64,000 nucleotides of DNA from Albugo candida (Eukaryota): positions 62,001-126,000 of the forward strand of contig JBDOQK010000002.1 of the NCBI GenBank assembly GCA_040437565.1. The letters are read 5' to 3'. The position numbers and the translations under genes are program-made. Below are positions 47,701-57,814 of this stretch, piece by piece. The notes under the pieces were generated by a model. It saw only the letters and a program-made list of their open reading frames with translations. It ran no database searches and had not been told where the DNA came from. The stretch's first letter is position 1. Each line of letters opens with the position of its first letter.

Positions 47701-48340
47701 GTCAAGTGTGAACAACCGAAGGCGAAAAGAATAATCTAGAAGAGACTTATGGAGGATTCATGTGCCTTGAAGAAGTAAAATGCTGATAGCGGTCAGAATT
47801 CTGGTGAAACACATTCGGGATAAATAACGAAGCATACCACTGAGAAAAAAATGAATGTCCATACCAGAGTAAATAAATTTGTTCACCTTCGGAAACACTG
47901 ATAAATCTTGAACATTTTCCGGCCCCAAGTCAGTGATGCTAAACTCTATAGCACTGCAAACCAGAAAGGTGGTGACTCTGAAGACAAATATTTTGTAGTG
48001 TCCTAAAATAGTGTCCTCCTTGGACCGTACATTGAGCTCAGTGACTTCAATCGGCAGTTTGTTTTCACGGTTACTAATCTTTACTTGTTTCCTCCGTATA
48101 ATGAGGTCGCTGTTGACTGAATATAAAACTCATTTCTTTACTCCTGAATGTTATAGCCTTTTCAACTTATTCGTATGGAGTGATGTGTGTACATCAAATA
48201 TACTAAGCATCCAGCACCGTTTTCAAAGGGTCTGGTTACTGATAGGCTATTTTTGAGATTTCCACTATTTTCAAAAGACACTGGAGTATATTCTTTGTAC
48301 AAACTAAAATAGATATTTTCCAACTTTTTCGCCGTACCTA

Positions 48341-49427
48341 ATGCTACGACGAATAAGAAGCTCCGACATGACACGTTGGAAAGCATGTCCGTCATACGTT
48401 TCACTCATCAGGCAACGAAGTTCTACTACTACCTGTGATTCGTTAATATCACGAGAAACGCATGATGGATATTCTATCATACGTTTGAATAATCCACCGA
48501 TTAATATACTAAGCGCAAAGGTACGGTATGCAAGTGAGATGAATGAGACCTTTGGCTTCTCACGCATCGCAGTTGTTCCAAACTTTAGATGCGACTATCG
48601 CAAAATTGGAGTCCGAAAAGTCTTGTCGGTATATTAATCAATTTAAATATTTAAGAATTTGGTTATTTAATGTGTCATCAGCGGAATGATCATAGCGTCT
48701 TCGACTCCACGAATTTTTTCTGCGGGACTTGATTTATCGGAATTGTATCAGCCACATGTGCGGATGGCTTTTTTTTCAATCAACGTGCTTTCTCGTACTT
48801 ATTTCTGTGCTTAGCCCAAAAAGCTCAAGATTTTTTATCAGTCACTACACAACCTTATCTCTCGACTATACACAACTCGTCTTGCTTGCGTAGCTGCTAT
48901 TGAAGGCCACAGTCCAGCAGGTGGATGTATACTTGCAATGTGCTGTGACTATCGAATCATGGCAACAGGAAAATCAAAAATCGGGCTTAACGAGACACAA
49001 TTAGGATTTGTTGTGCCAAAATGGGTTCGAGATATATTTATCAATACTGTAGGCAATCGCCAAGCAGAAAAACTGCTCGGACTCGGGCTGCAACTGGATG
49101 CAGCGAAAGCAAAACTAGTGGGATTGGTGGATGAAGCATGTGAAATAGACGAAGTTCTTCCTCGATGTAAAGTCACAATGCAAAAGTGGCTCGCTATCCC
49201 AGGTACTCGTTATATCACATTTCAGGTTTGAGATTTCCTTTTTGATATAAATCACAGATCACGCTCGTGTTGGAACCAAACGTCTGATGCGTCAGAATGT
49301 AGCAGATCGCATTCAAGATGCGAAAACGGAGGATTTCGAAGAGTTTCTCGATTTGATGCAAACCGACAAAGTGCAGAAAGCTTTGGGTTTGTATTTAGAA
49401 GCATTGAAAAAGAGAGAGCAACACTAA
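48341..49427 (+). CDS. Enoyl-CoA delta isomerase (ECI1-like, crotonase fold), mitochondrial, multi-exon
   Basis: Motifs LNNPPIN, FSAGLDLSELY, AIEGHSPAGGC...CDYRIM and IGLNETQLG. Confidence 0.9.
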
Positions 49428-49585
49428 CGCAATACATAATAAAAAGGATTGCTTCACTATTATGTACTAAAGTATTAATTCTCGCNNNNNNNNNNNNNNN
49501 NNNNNNNNNNNNNNNNNNNNNNNNNNNNNNNNNNNNNNNNNNNNNNNNNNNNNNNNNNNNNNNNNNNNNNNNNNNNNNNNNNNNN

Positions 49586-50008
49586 TGACAATTGGCTTCA
49601 ATGCGGGAAATGCAAAGATATGCAAAGGCAAATAATAAAATAATCAGTGTGTACTATGTTATACAGGTCAGACGAATCAGACTGGACAAGAACAACAAAA
49701 GCCCGCTTGCTTACCAGCGCAAAAATGCCAATCACAATTCGTGAAGTACTTGTATTGACGACTGTATGAAATGGATCATCGTAATATCTCTTACGCCAAT
49801 CGCCACCAATGCGTTGGATACTGGAAAACACGTCAGAGTACATTTAATTCGCAGTATATTTGACGTTTTTGAAGGCAGATGGAACGAACTTGAAGCGTCC
49901 AAGCGACTGCCGAAAGTGTCCTTGGCGATCTACAAATCGAGCGCGAGATGATCTGCCTGCATGGTTCACTGTACGCTTTTGAAGTAGTGGTTGCTTGTCC
50001 TCAAACAT
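49586..50008 (-). CDS. Inward-rectifier K+ channel (Kir) N-terminus, truncated by a gap
   Basis: Spliced translation (introns 49821-49889 and 49654-49714) reads MFEDKQPLL...RARFVDRQGHFRQSLGRFNIQRIGGDWRKRYYDDPFHTVVNTSTSRIVIGIFALYTLIILLFAFAYLCIS. This matches the Kir RFV.K.G..N / slide helix / M1 pattern. Confidence 0.75.
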
Positions 50009-50086
50009 CAACTTGAAAGAATGGACAAGAACTATCTGATGACATCTGAGATGATTCTATAATCAGATCTGATTCGATGGAACTTG

Positions 50087-51136
50087 TTACAATGCTCTGG
50101 GTCTCTTTCGATTACATTTCTTTCCATTGACGGGCATATCACACTTTGATCGATGGAATACACAGACCGACTCTGTTGACTCTTTGGCATTGAATCGATA
50201 GCCTTCAAGATCGAATCCTTGGACGCCTTCCATTGTTTCAACACGCTTTTGTATCAAATATCGAGCCATTAGACCTCTCGCACGCTTGGCGTACACGGTT
50301 CTCACTCGTCCATCGTCTTTGAACACACATTCTACGATACGGATGTCCTCATCGAGAGCATGGGTATCAATAGCGCGAAAGTACTCCTTGGACGCAAGAT
50401 TCACCAGGATTTTGAATTCTGAAGCTTCTCCATCATATAATGCATTAATGGATTCCGCAAGTAATGAGCCCCAAAATGAATAAAGGTCTTTTGCTCGTCG
50501 TGTAGGAATTTCAAGCTTTTGTCCCATTTCCAAACGATACGCCTGAATCTTATCAAATGGACGTAATAGACCTACCATCAAAGAGATCAGCTTATACATC
50601 CAACCAAATGCCTCTCTCACCATACAAACCGCTCAATATACGGAGATGGGTCTGGCAATACTCCATTTCAATATCATCCAGAGTCTCTGCATCCAGTCCT
50701 ATCACCCTTGTGATCAAATAGCCCGTTTTCTCACATTGTCTTAATACCTCGAAATGCAGGCCCGTCAAACGCTAAAACTGCTTCTTTGTATCGCTCGATA
50801 TCTGCGTTCTCTTTTGTATCGATTATGAATTCCTCAAGTCTGAGAGATGCAATTCAGTACTGCTCAGCTGCAGCGATCTCGTACCTCTGATGATTCAACG
50901 TTGCGATAGAAACGCTTGCATTATATAGCGATTTTAATTTTGCAATACTCAAACTGCGCAACAGACGAACCTATTCCCATTCGCATTCTCACACTGATAC
51001 TTATCACTTAAAACTATCAGGTACTTACAATCTCTGCAGTGTGGTGCATGAAAATGGGCTCAGTGCTCTCAACCCGTCTGTTCGTCCGCGTCATTTTCAG
51101 CGTTTTTGCCGGCGACAGCACGAACGCGAGTCGCAT
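50087..51136 (-). CDS. yaaA: YaaA/UPF0246 peroxide-stress DNA-binding protein (five exons)
   Basis: Motifs [54 protein letters not shown] and YAKRARGLMARY. Confidence 0.93.
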
Positions 51137-51160
51137 AATGCAGCGTGAATAGTGTATCTT

Positions 51161-51200
51161 GATTGGTCAGAAATCCATTTCTGCGTATATTCAGCCAATC
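51161..51200. promoter_or_regulatory. Divergent promoter with two oppositely oriented CCAAT boxes
   Basis: GATTGG at 51161-51166 and CCAATC at 51195-51200, in the 143-bp spacer between the yaaA and PH-TBC start codons. Confidence 0.5.
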
Positions 51201-51279
51201 AGGAACGATACAAAATAACGTCGCTGTCTAAAAATCGCAGCTGTGAATTCGGTCCACTTCTCATGGTACTTTAAAGGTC

Positions 51280-53892
51280 ATGGACGGCATTATCTACATT
51301 CAGAAACGACAAAAGAGATTGCTGGGCGATTGGCAGAAACGTTACATCGTTTTTGATGAAAATGGAATTTGGAAAGAGTACGCAGCCTCTACAGCAAGAG
51401 ATAATTCTGCAGTCAAACAGCTCAAAACCACAGGCAAAAGCCGCGTTCTCGCGACTGCAAAATCGAAAATCCTCAAATTACGAAAATTCTCAGCGCGTCC
51501 AACTTCCAAAAAAGCTTTGACCCGTCCCGAGACGCAAATTATGAGCAACGATAGACTGGTCGATATATCAGGAAGCGGTATGGAACTCTTGCAAACGATT
51601 TCTTTGGCCGATACGGTCGTCAAAAGGCTCCCATTTGTGGTGTATGGCCGCTACTTTGTATTTCGTATTACATCGATGAATCACCGCATTCTTTGTGGCG
51701 TAAAATCAATCGATGAAGCGAATCAATGGATGCTGTCATTTGAACGCGTACAAACAGCTCATCCAGAAATAAACATTCGCATCAAAACATCGTCCAATTC
51801 GCTCAAGTTGAGGCGTTTATTACGACGCAAACCGAGCTCAGAGATGAGTTGGAATAGAACGCAGGATAGAGAATCGTTGGAGCAAAGCTTAGAGCACGTT
51901 ACCTCCTTACTTCCAACGCCATTGGCGCGTTTATCACAAACTGATTCCAGGTGTTTGGAAAAAGCGTACATTGTTTCAAACGCACAAAACCGCAATGAAA
52001 TGCTTTCTCTCGTCGAAATCTTAGATTGGGATCCCAGAAAGCGTTCGGCCAAACTCGAAAAGGCCTTTAAGCTATCCCGTGTTCACATTCGTAAAGGATC
52101 GCTCCTGGTAGCAATCGGCACGCTCCAGATAGAATCCCTGCAGGATCACACTCAACTCGTTCAAATTCCGATGAAAATCGATTTTCCCGTTAGTCTGAGA
52201 TTCTACTCGAGTCCGTGTCGTGAGGGAGTACTCCAATGTCAGTTGTGTGATTCGCTTACGACTCAGCTGAAAACCATCGCACAATGTCGCAATGGCGTTC
52301 AAGATTGGCGACATTATTCAGTTCAGATCCGTGAGGATGCGTTTGTGTGTGCAAGAGTGGAAGACGAGAATGACGAAAAGTCTGGAAAAGAGGCTATTCT
52401 TCATCGTTTGGTTCCGTTGGTGGAATGTACCGTCAAAACGCTGCATGATAGCGTGATCCATCGAAAGTGGTGCTTCCTACTCGCCACATCGACCTACTCG
52501 ATCCTTCTTGAGGCAGCTTCTTACATTGAAATGCAAGATTGGGTCAAAACGCTCTGTATCGCCATTACGATTGCCAATGGAAGTCTTCCCGGTAGCGTCA
52601 ACGATCAAATGAGTATGCTGTATGGCGCCGATATTGAAACATTTGGGCTGCCGAGTTATCTGGAAGCATGGGCGCAAGTGTGTCTTGATGATGAAGATGA
52701 CGAAGATGACGCCAAATCGTTTTGCGCAGACCTTAATGCAGTCGACGAACTTTCTATTTTAACAGGCGATCATAAGCTCACTGGACTTTTGCAGTTTCTA
52801 CAGCAACATGGGCGATATGTAGAAGCACTACAGTTGATGAATTCTCAGCCTCAACTTCGTATTAGCTACTGGAAAGAATGTTTTGCTTGGGCATTAAAAC
52901 CGATTTCATCGGAAGAGTACGCTCATTTAATATCACTTCCATTGAGCTCAGAGTATGTCCCCCATGATAAAAGTTTTGCATACATTGACAGTGCTGTTTG
53001 CAGAGACCACATACAATTACAAAAAGATATTCCGCGAACTTCACGTTGGCTTGCCGGATCATCTGGAGCTCCTTCCATACCAGAAGAAACGCTTCAGTAT
53101 CGACTCGTAGTGCTGGAACGCATGCTGCATGCTTTCCTTTCTCAATCTCGTTTGGAGCAAATTCAGATATCAGATGCTTTGGATCCTTCCGCAGGCTTTT
53201 ACATGCAAGGAATGAATGCGTTAGCCTTCATTTCAATGCAAGTGATGTTTGACAGCAATCAAGACGAGCTTGTTGTGTATCAGTTTTTCTCCGGGTTGAT
53301 CAGAGAAGTTCTTCCTCAAGTTTTTGGAAATCCTACCGCCGCCATAGATACTTCGTTGGAGAATTGCTCGGATCTATTCACATCACTAATTCAAGTGAGT
53401 GATGTTTTACAGCAAATTGTCGCCTCACAACTTCCAGATTTATACGTGATTTTGGAGCGTTCAGGCATGCTTCCATCGCTTCTTTCCTACAAATGGTTTC
53501 CGACCTTGTTTTCCGACATCTCATTGACTGCATATCACTCCCAATTGCAATACGATACCCTGTTAGCCATTTGGGACATCTGCTTTTTGCTTGGAATCGA
53601 AGGTATATTCCTAGTGAGCCTAGCGCTTTTCAGTATCGCAGAGGCGGCCTTATTGGATGCTGGCGATCGATCCATCCAGGCACAGAACGACCTTCGATGC
53701 TTCGGGCATGGTGGAGACGATGTGGAACGAATTAGCTCGACATTTATCGGTATTCTCTGCAAAATTAAGCCGTCCGAACTCATCAAAAGCGTATGTGAGA
53801 TTTTGGAGCTTTGTATCCATCCGATTTTACTACGACTTCGAAACTCACATCGCCGAAGACTCGGAAAGCATTATCAAAATCCCAGCAACTGA
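51280..53892 (+). CDS. PH-domain and Rab-GAP TBC-domain protein
   Basis: PH motifs WQKRYIVF...EANQWM and EMQDWV. TBC catalytic motifs LQKDIPRT and YMQGMN, plus KWFPTLF and IWD. Possible in-frame 51-nt intron at 52953-53003. Confidence 0.85.
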   Translation: MDGIIYIQKRQKRLLGDWQKRYIVFDENGIWKEYAASTARDNSAVKQLKTTGKSRVLATAKSKILKLRKFSARPTSKKALTRPETQIMSNDRLVDISGSGMELLQTISLADTVVKRLPFVVYGRYFVFRITSMNHRILCGVKSIDEANQWMLSFERVQTAHPEINIRIKTSSNSLKLRRLLRRKPSSEMSWNRTQDRESLEQSLEHVTSLLPTPLARLSQTDSRCLEKAYIVSNAQNRNEMLSLVEILDWDPRKRSAKLEKAFKLSRVHIRKGSLLVAIGTLQIESLQDHTQLVQIPMKIDFPVSLRFYSSPCREGVLQCQLCDSLTTQLKTIAQCRNGVQDWRHYSVQIREDAFVCARVEDENDEKSGKEAILHRLVPLVECTVKTLHDSVIHRKWCFLLATSTYSILLEAASYIEMQDWVKTLCIAITIANGSLPGSVNDQMSMLYGADIETFGLPSYLEAWAQVCLDDEDDEDDAKSFCADLNAVDELSILTGDHKLTGLLQFLQQHGRYVEALQLMNSQPQLRISYWKECFAWALKPISSEEYAHLISLPLSSEYVPHDKSFAYIDSAVCRDHIQLQKDIPRTSRWLAGSSGAPSIPEETLQYRLVVLERMLHAFLSQSRLEQIQISDALDPSAGFYMQGMNALAFISMQVMFDSNQDELVVYQFFSGLIREVLPQVFGNPTAAIDTSLENCSDLFTSLIQVSDVLQQIVASQLPDLYVILERSGMLPSLLSYKWFPTLFSDISLTAYHSQLQYDTLLAIWDICFLLGIEGIFLVSLALFSIAEAALLDAGDRSIQAQNDLRCFGHGGDDVERISSTFIGILCKIKPSELIKSVCEILELCIHPILLRLRNSHRRRLGKHYQNPSN

Positions 53893-54026
53893 ATGGCTGG
53901 TTTCAGGGTGTGAACCGTGTAGATCAGAATTGCATCTTATACCGCCCACTTGATTTTTGTATGCGGTAAAGGTAACACTTGAGCCTCAGTACTACTTTCC
54001 ACTTATTTCACAATTTGAAGCCAAAT

Positions 54027-54557
54027 ATGAAGACCACAGCCTTCCTTATCTCAAGTGCAATTATTTGGGATATCGCGGACACGCAAACTGCTACAACGGA
54101 AGGTAGTACAAGCTCAAGCGCATCAAAACGCTGCAATGAAAAGATCTCTATCATGGGTGTCAATGTACTGAACAATGGATCGCTCCTATCTACATGCAGT
54201 AAGGGTCCAAACCTTTCTGTGAGCAATGTCTCTCAGGCGAGCAAACTTCCCCCAACAGATTTGCAAAGAATTTGCATGACTCCAGCATGCCTCAAGCCGT
54301 TTGAGGACCTGTCCAAGTCGTCCGACCTCATATCATGTGTGGTAAACTACGACAACAAGGACCAAAATCTGGCTGGAATTGCAAAGGATTTCGTACAGCA
54401 GTGCACAGGCAGCAGTGGATCGAAAAAAAGCAATACGGAAAAGGATGTCAAAGCCGATGATAAAGTCGATGATAAAGGGACCAGCTCTGGCGGAATAGTA
54501 CAGTCGTTCAGCCTGCTACTTGTCGCGGCCACCGCACTCCTTTTAGCTTTGAATTAG
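54027..54557 (+). CDS. Elicitin-like secreted protein, putative GPI anchor
   Basis: Signal peptide, six-Cys domain (C...C...CxxxxC...C...C), low-complexity linker and hydrophobic C-terminus. Confidence 0.75.
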   Translation: MKTTAFLISSAIIWDIADTQTATTEGSTSSSASKRCNEKISIMGVNVLNNGSLLSTCSKGPNLSVSNVSQASKLPPTDLQRICMTPACLKPFEDLSKSSDLISCVVNYDNKDQNLAGIAKDFVQQCTGSSGSKKSNTEKDVKADDKVDDKGTSSGGIVQSFSLLLVAATALLLALN

Positions 54558-54696
54558 CCATTTGTCATCGTGTACGTCTTTTAATGCATTTTTTAATGTG
54601 CTTTGAGCGAACGAAGTGACTCAGATAGAAAATTTTCACAAAACGCACATACTTTTGCTTCATTAACGGACGCTAAGCTCAGAAAGCGTCCCATTC

Positions 54697-55227
54697 TCAA
54701 TCGCCCTTGATTCTAGCGGGGGTCGCTAATTGTTTGGAAGCACTTTGTAAGCCAAACCAAAGCAGAATCAGGATAAACAGTGGACCAATGTACGGTATAA
54801 CATTGTTGTAAGTGTCGGTCATTACACGGATCCAGCTGTCATCCGGAGATCGCTTCTGCTCTCTATCCCGCAAAGCTTGGGAATCGATACGCTCTATAAT
54901 ATATAAAAGATGCCAGCCCAATGGACTGGAAAATTTATGAACGATTTTCGGCTCCTTTTCGAATAAAATTGCATCCATTTCCAACCCCATTTGACCTTTT
55001 TCGACAAAACCGATATCACCATTTTGGCCTGCGGATGAACATTGACTGTGGGCTCTTGCGGACCGAATAAATTGCATTTCGATGTGTTTCGAATCGTAAA
55101 TTTCGCGATAAATTGTGTCGACTTGATCCTCTGTGTGTACCAGTATATGACGTGCGTGAGCAAGCAGTGTGGCATCGAGAAACGCTGCATACTGCGCGAG
55201 AAAGACGGCCACCCAAAATACTGCCAT
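54697..55227 (-). CDS. Parvulin (PpiC-type) PPIase with signal peptide and C-terminal TM
   Basis: Motifs ARHILV, ARAHSQCSSAGQNGDIG, GQM and SPLGWHL; hydrophobic N-terminus; TM IPYIGPLFILILLWFGL. Confidence 0.88.
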   Translation of the reverse strand: MAVFWVAVFLAQYAAFLDATLLAHARHILVHTEDQVDTIYREIYDSKHIEMQFIRSARAHSQCSSAGQNGDIGFVEKGQMGLEMDAILFEKEPKIVHKFSSPLGWHLLYIIERIDSQALRDREQKRSPDDSWIRVMTDTYNNVIPYIGPLFILILLWFGLQSASKQLATPARIKGD

Positions 55228-55459
55228 TATAGAATCTGATTCGTAATATATGAAATATTGGAGGATAATAGGGCGCGTGTGGTATTAAAACATGTGCAAA
55301 ATTGTGTGTGTAACAAAGAGTATAGTAAAAACGATGTGCGTTTGTAGCGTTAAGAAACACGGAGAATAGAGCAAGTTTCCCGATAGAACTGGTATAGAGT
55401 GTGAATCAAGACATCTCTCTGTTCTCATTTTTTCAATTTCACTCGAACCAGCAAGAACA

Positions 55460-55984
55460 ATGCTTTGGAGATCAGTCTTAGTCGTTTTCGCAATCGCATC
55501 AGTCTATGCGCACGAAGATGATGATTCAAAAGATGACAAGAATTTGCCCCAATGCAATAAAAAAGCCTCTGATGAGGCCATGAAGATGTTCAACACTACA
55601 ACGACAGCAAATAAATGTGGGCAATTCACGTTGGCCAATTTGACGTCTTTGTCAAAAATGAGCATATCCATGATAACTACCGCACAGAGAACGAGCTTGT
55701 GCAGCACCGATTGTGTATCCGTAATGAATTCGGTGTACAAAAATCAAAATTTGGATGACTGTACTGTGATGATTGGAAACATGGCGATCGAGTTAACGGA
55801 GAAAATCGAATATGTTCTCCAGTTTTGTACAATGCAAACTGGGATGACTACCCTTCCCTCGAGTCCAAGTTCAACTCCCAGCCCTTCGACCAATCCAAGT
55901 CCTGCCGCAACCAGCGGAGGTTCAATCGTCGTTCAGTCCAGTCTGGTGCTATCGTTAGTCGGTTTCGTGATGGCATTGTGGTAA
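55460..55984 (+). CDS. Elicitin-like secreted protein, putative GPI anchor
   Basis: Signal peptide, six-Cys domain (LPQC...CGQFTLAN...CSTDC...DCTV...C), S/P/T linker and hydrophobic tail. Confidence 0.8.
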   Translation: MLWRSVLVVFAIASVYAHEDDDSKDDKNLPQCNKKASDEAMKMFNTTTTANKCGQFTLANLTSLSKMSISMITTAQRTSLCSTDCVSVMNSVYKNQNLDDCTVMIGNMAIELTEKIEYVLQFCTMQTGMTTLPSSPSSTPSPSTNPSPAATSGGSIVVQSSLVLSLVGFVMALW

Positions 55985-56162
55985 TTGAGTGCATTTTCTC
56001 TCAGTTACAAAAGTAACACAAAATACAGAAAACGTCTGTGTATCCCATTGTCACTTTGAACACTTTTAATCTTCAACGGGCTTGTGATAGACGCTAAAGA
56101 CTAGCCTCTATCTAATCTATCCATCCTCTTTCCAATCGCCGCACTTTCTCTTTATATACGAC

Positions 56163-57292
56163 AAAGTGTGTGAAACGGACAGACCGCTTCGTAGGCAGCC
56201 AACCAGCGGTTGAATTTTGGCTCGTGGAGGCGCGTCGAGTAAGCGCTAGCCAATATATTTGTAATAAAATACCGTAAAAATACCTGCCAAAAGTCGTGGG
56301 CAAGGGGCGATCTTTCCCGCTCCGAGGATACGTTGCATGAGTGGACGGTACACCGTTCTACAATAGCATCTAACAATGCGTGATTTAGCTCCGTCTGATA
56401 GATTATTGCTTGATGCTAACGAGAAATAAAATTTAATAGCCACCATTAATACAACACGAGATGGGCTTTCCTTGCGTAGGCCCGCCTTCTACGAGCTGTC
56501 GATTTAGGCAAGTTTATAAGCCTTAACTTATCGCTGTGTACTAAAACGACAGGCCAACTCCAATGACTGGTAAAGTCGTCAAAGTTTACGAAATCAAAAT
56601 ATATTTCAATAAATGTCTCTTCTATACCAGAAAGTATCTGATCTGCCCGTCCACAGGGAGTCACGTCCGGTTTACAANNNNNNNNNNNNNNNNNNNNNNN
56701 NNNNNNNNNNNNNNNNNNNNNNNNNNNNNNNNNNNNNNNNNNNNNNNNNNNNNNNNNNNNNNNNNNNNNNNNNNNNNAAAGTGTGTGAAACGGACAGACC
56801 GCTTCGTAGGCAGCCAACCAGCGGTTGAATTTTGGCTCGTGGAGGCGCGTCGAGTAAGCGCTAGCCAATATATTTGTAATAAAATACCGTAAAAATACCT
56901 GCCAAAAGTCGTGGGCAAGGGGCGATCTTTCCCGCTCCGAGGATACGTTGCATGAGTGGACGGTACACCGTTCTACAATAGCATCTAACAATGCGTGATT
57001 TAGCTCCGTCTGATAGATTATTGCTTGATGCTAACGAGAAATAAAATTTAATAGCCACCATTAATACAACACGAGATGGGCTTTCCTTGCGTAGGCCCGC
57101 CTTCTACGAGCTGTCGATTTAGGCAAGTTTATAAGCCTTAACTTATCGCTGTGTACTAAAACGACAGGCCAACTCCAATGACTGGTAAAGTCGTCAAAGT
57201 TTACGAAATCAAAATATATTTCAATAAATGTCTCTTCTATACCAGAAAGTATCTGATCTGCCCGTCCACAGGGAGTCACGTCCGGTTTACAA
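56163..57292. repeat. Exact direct duplication 56163-56677 = 56778-57292 across a 100-N gap
   Basis: Offset 615. Confidence 0.93.
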
Positions 57293-57328
57293 AGTCATTG
57301 TTCATTTTGCGATAGTACTCCAACCAAA

Positions 57329-57814
57329 ATGATCTGGAAATCCACTTTCATTACTCTGCTGATCACTTTAATTCCTCTACAGGCCGCAAATGACACCACC
57401 AACTCGCAGTTACCGAGTTGCGACCAACAAAATGGTACAAAGGCTTTAGAGCTCTTCAACAATACAAAAGCGGTTGAAAGCTGCGGAGGCTTCACTTTAG
57501 CAAATTTCACATCTCCAATGATGAACACTACCATGAACAATGCCACCCAAATGATGAGCGTGTGTAGTACAGGCTGCAAGGATATTTTCCATGCGGTGCT
57601 GCAAATCCCGATCAAAAATTGCACTGTAATGATTGATAACGCGGCGGTCAACTTGTATGACAAAATTGATTGGATCCATGAAAAGTGTCATCAGATGCCG
57701 TCCAACGGAACCAATTCGACTAGTGGGAAAACCACTCCACCCAATGGAAGCTCGATCATCGCGCAGTCCAGCTTGCTCCTCTTTTTAGTCGGGTTTGTAG
57801 CGTTACTTTGGTAA
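57329..57814 (+). CDS. Elicitin-like secreted protein, paralog of 55460-55984
   Basis: LPSC...CGGFTLAN...CSTGC...NCTVMI...C; tail GSSIIAQSSLLLFLVGFVALLW closely matches the paralog. Confidence 0.8.
   Translation: MIWKSTFITLLITLIPLQAANDTTNSQLPSCDQQNGTKALELFNNTKAVESCGGFTLANFTSPMMNTTMNNATQMMSVCSTGCKDIFHAVLQIPIKNCTVMIDNAAVNLYDKIDWIHEKCHQMPSNGTNSTSGKTTPPNGSSIIAQSSLLLFLVGFVALLW

Noticed and set aside
56112-57279. ORFs between the elicitin-like genes
   Set aside because: Short, no recognisable motifs, and inflated by the gap duplication.
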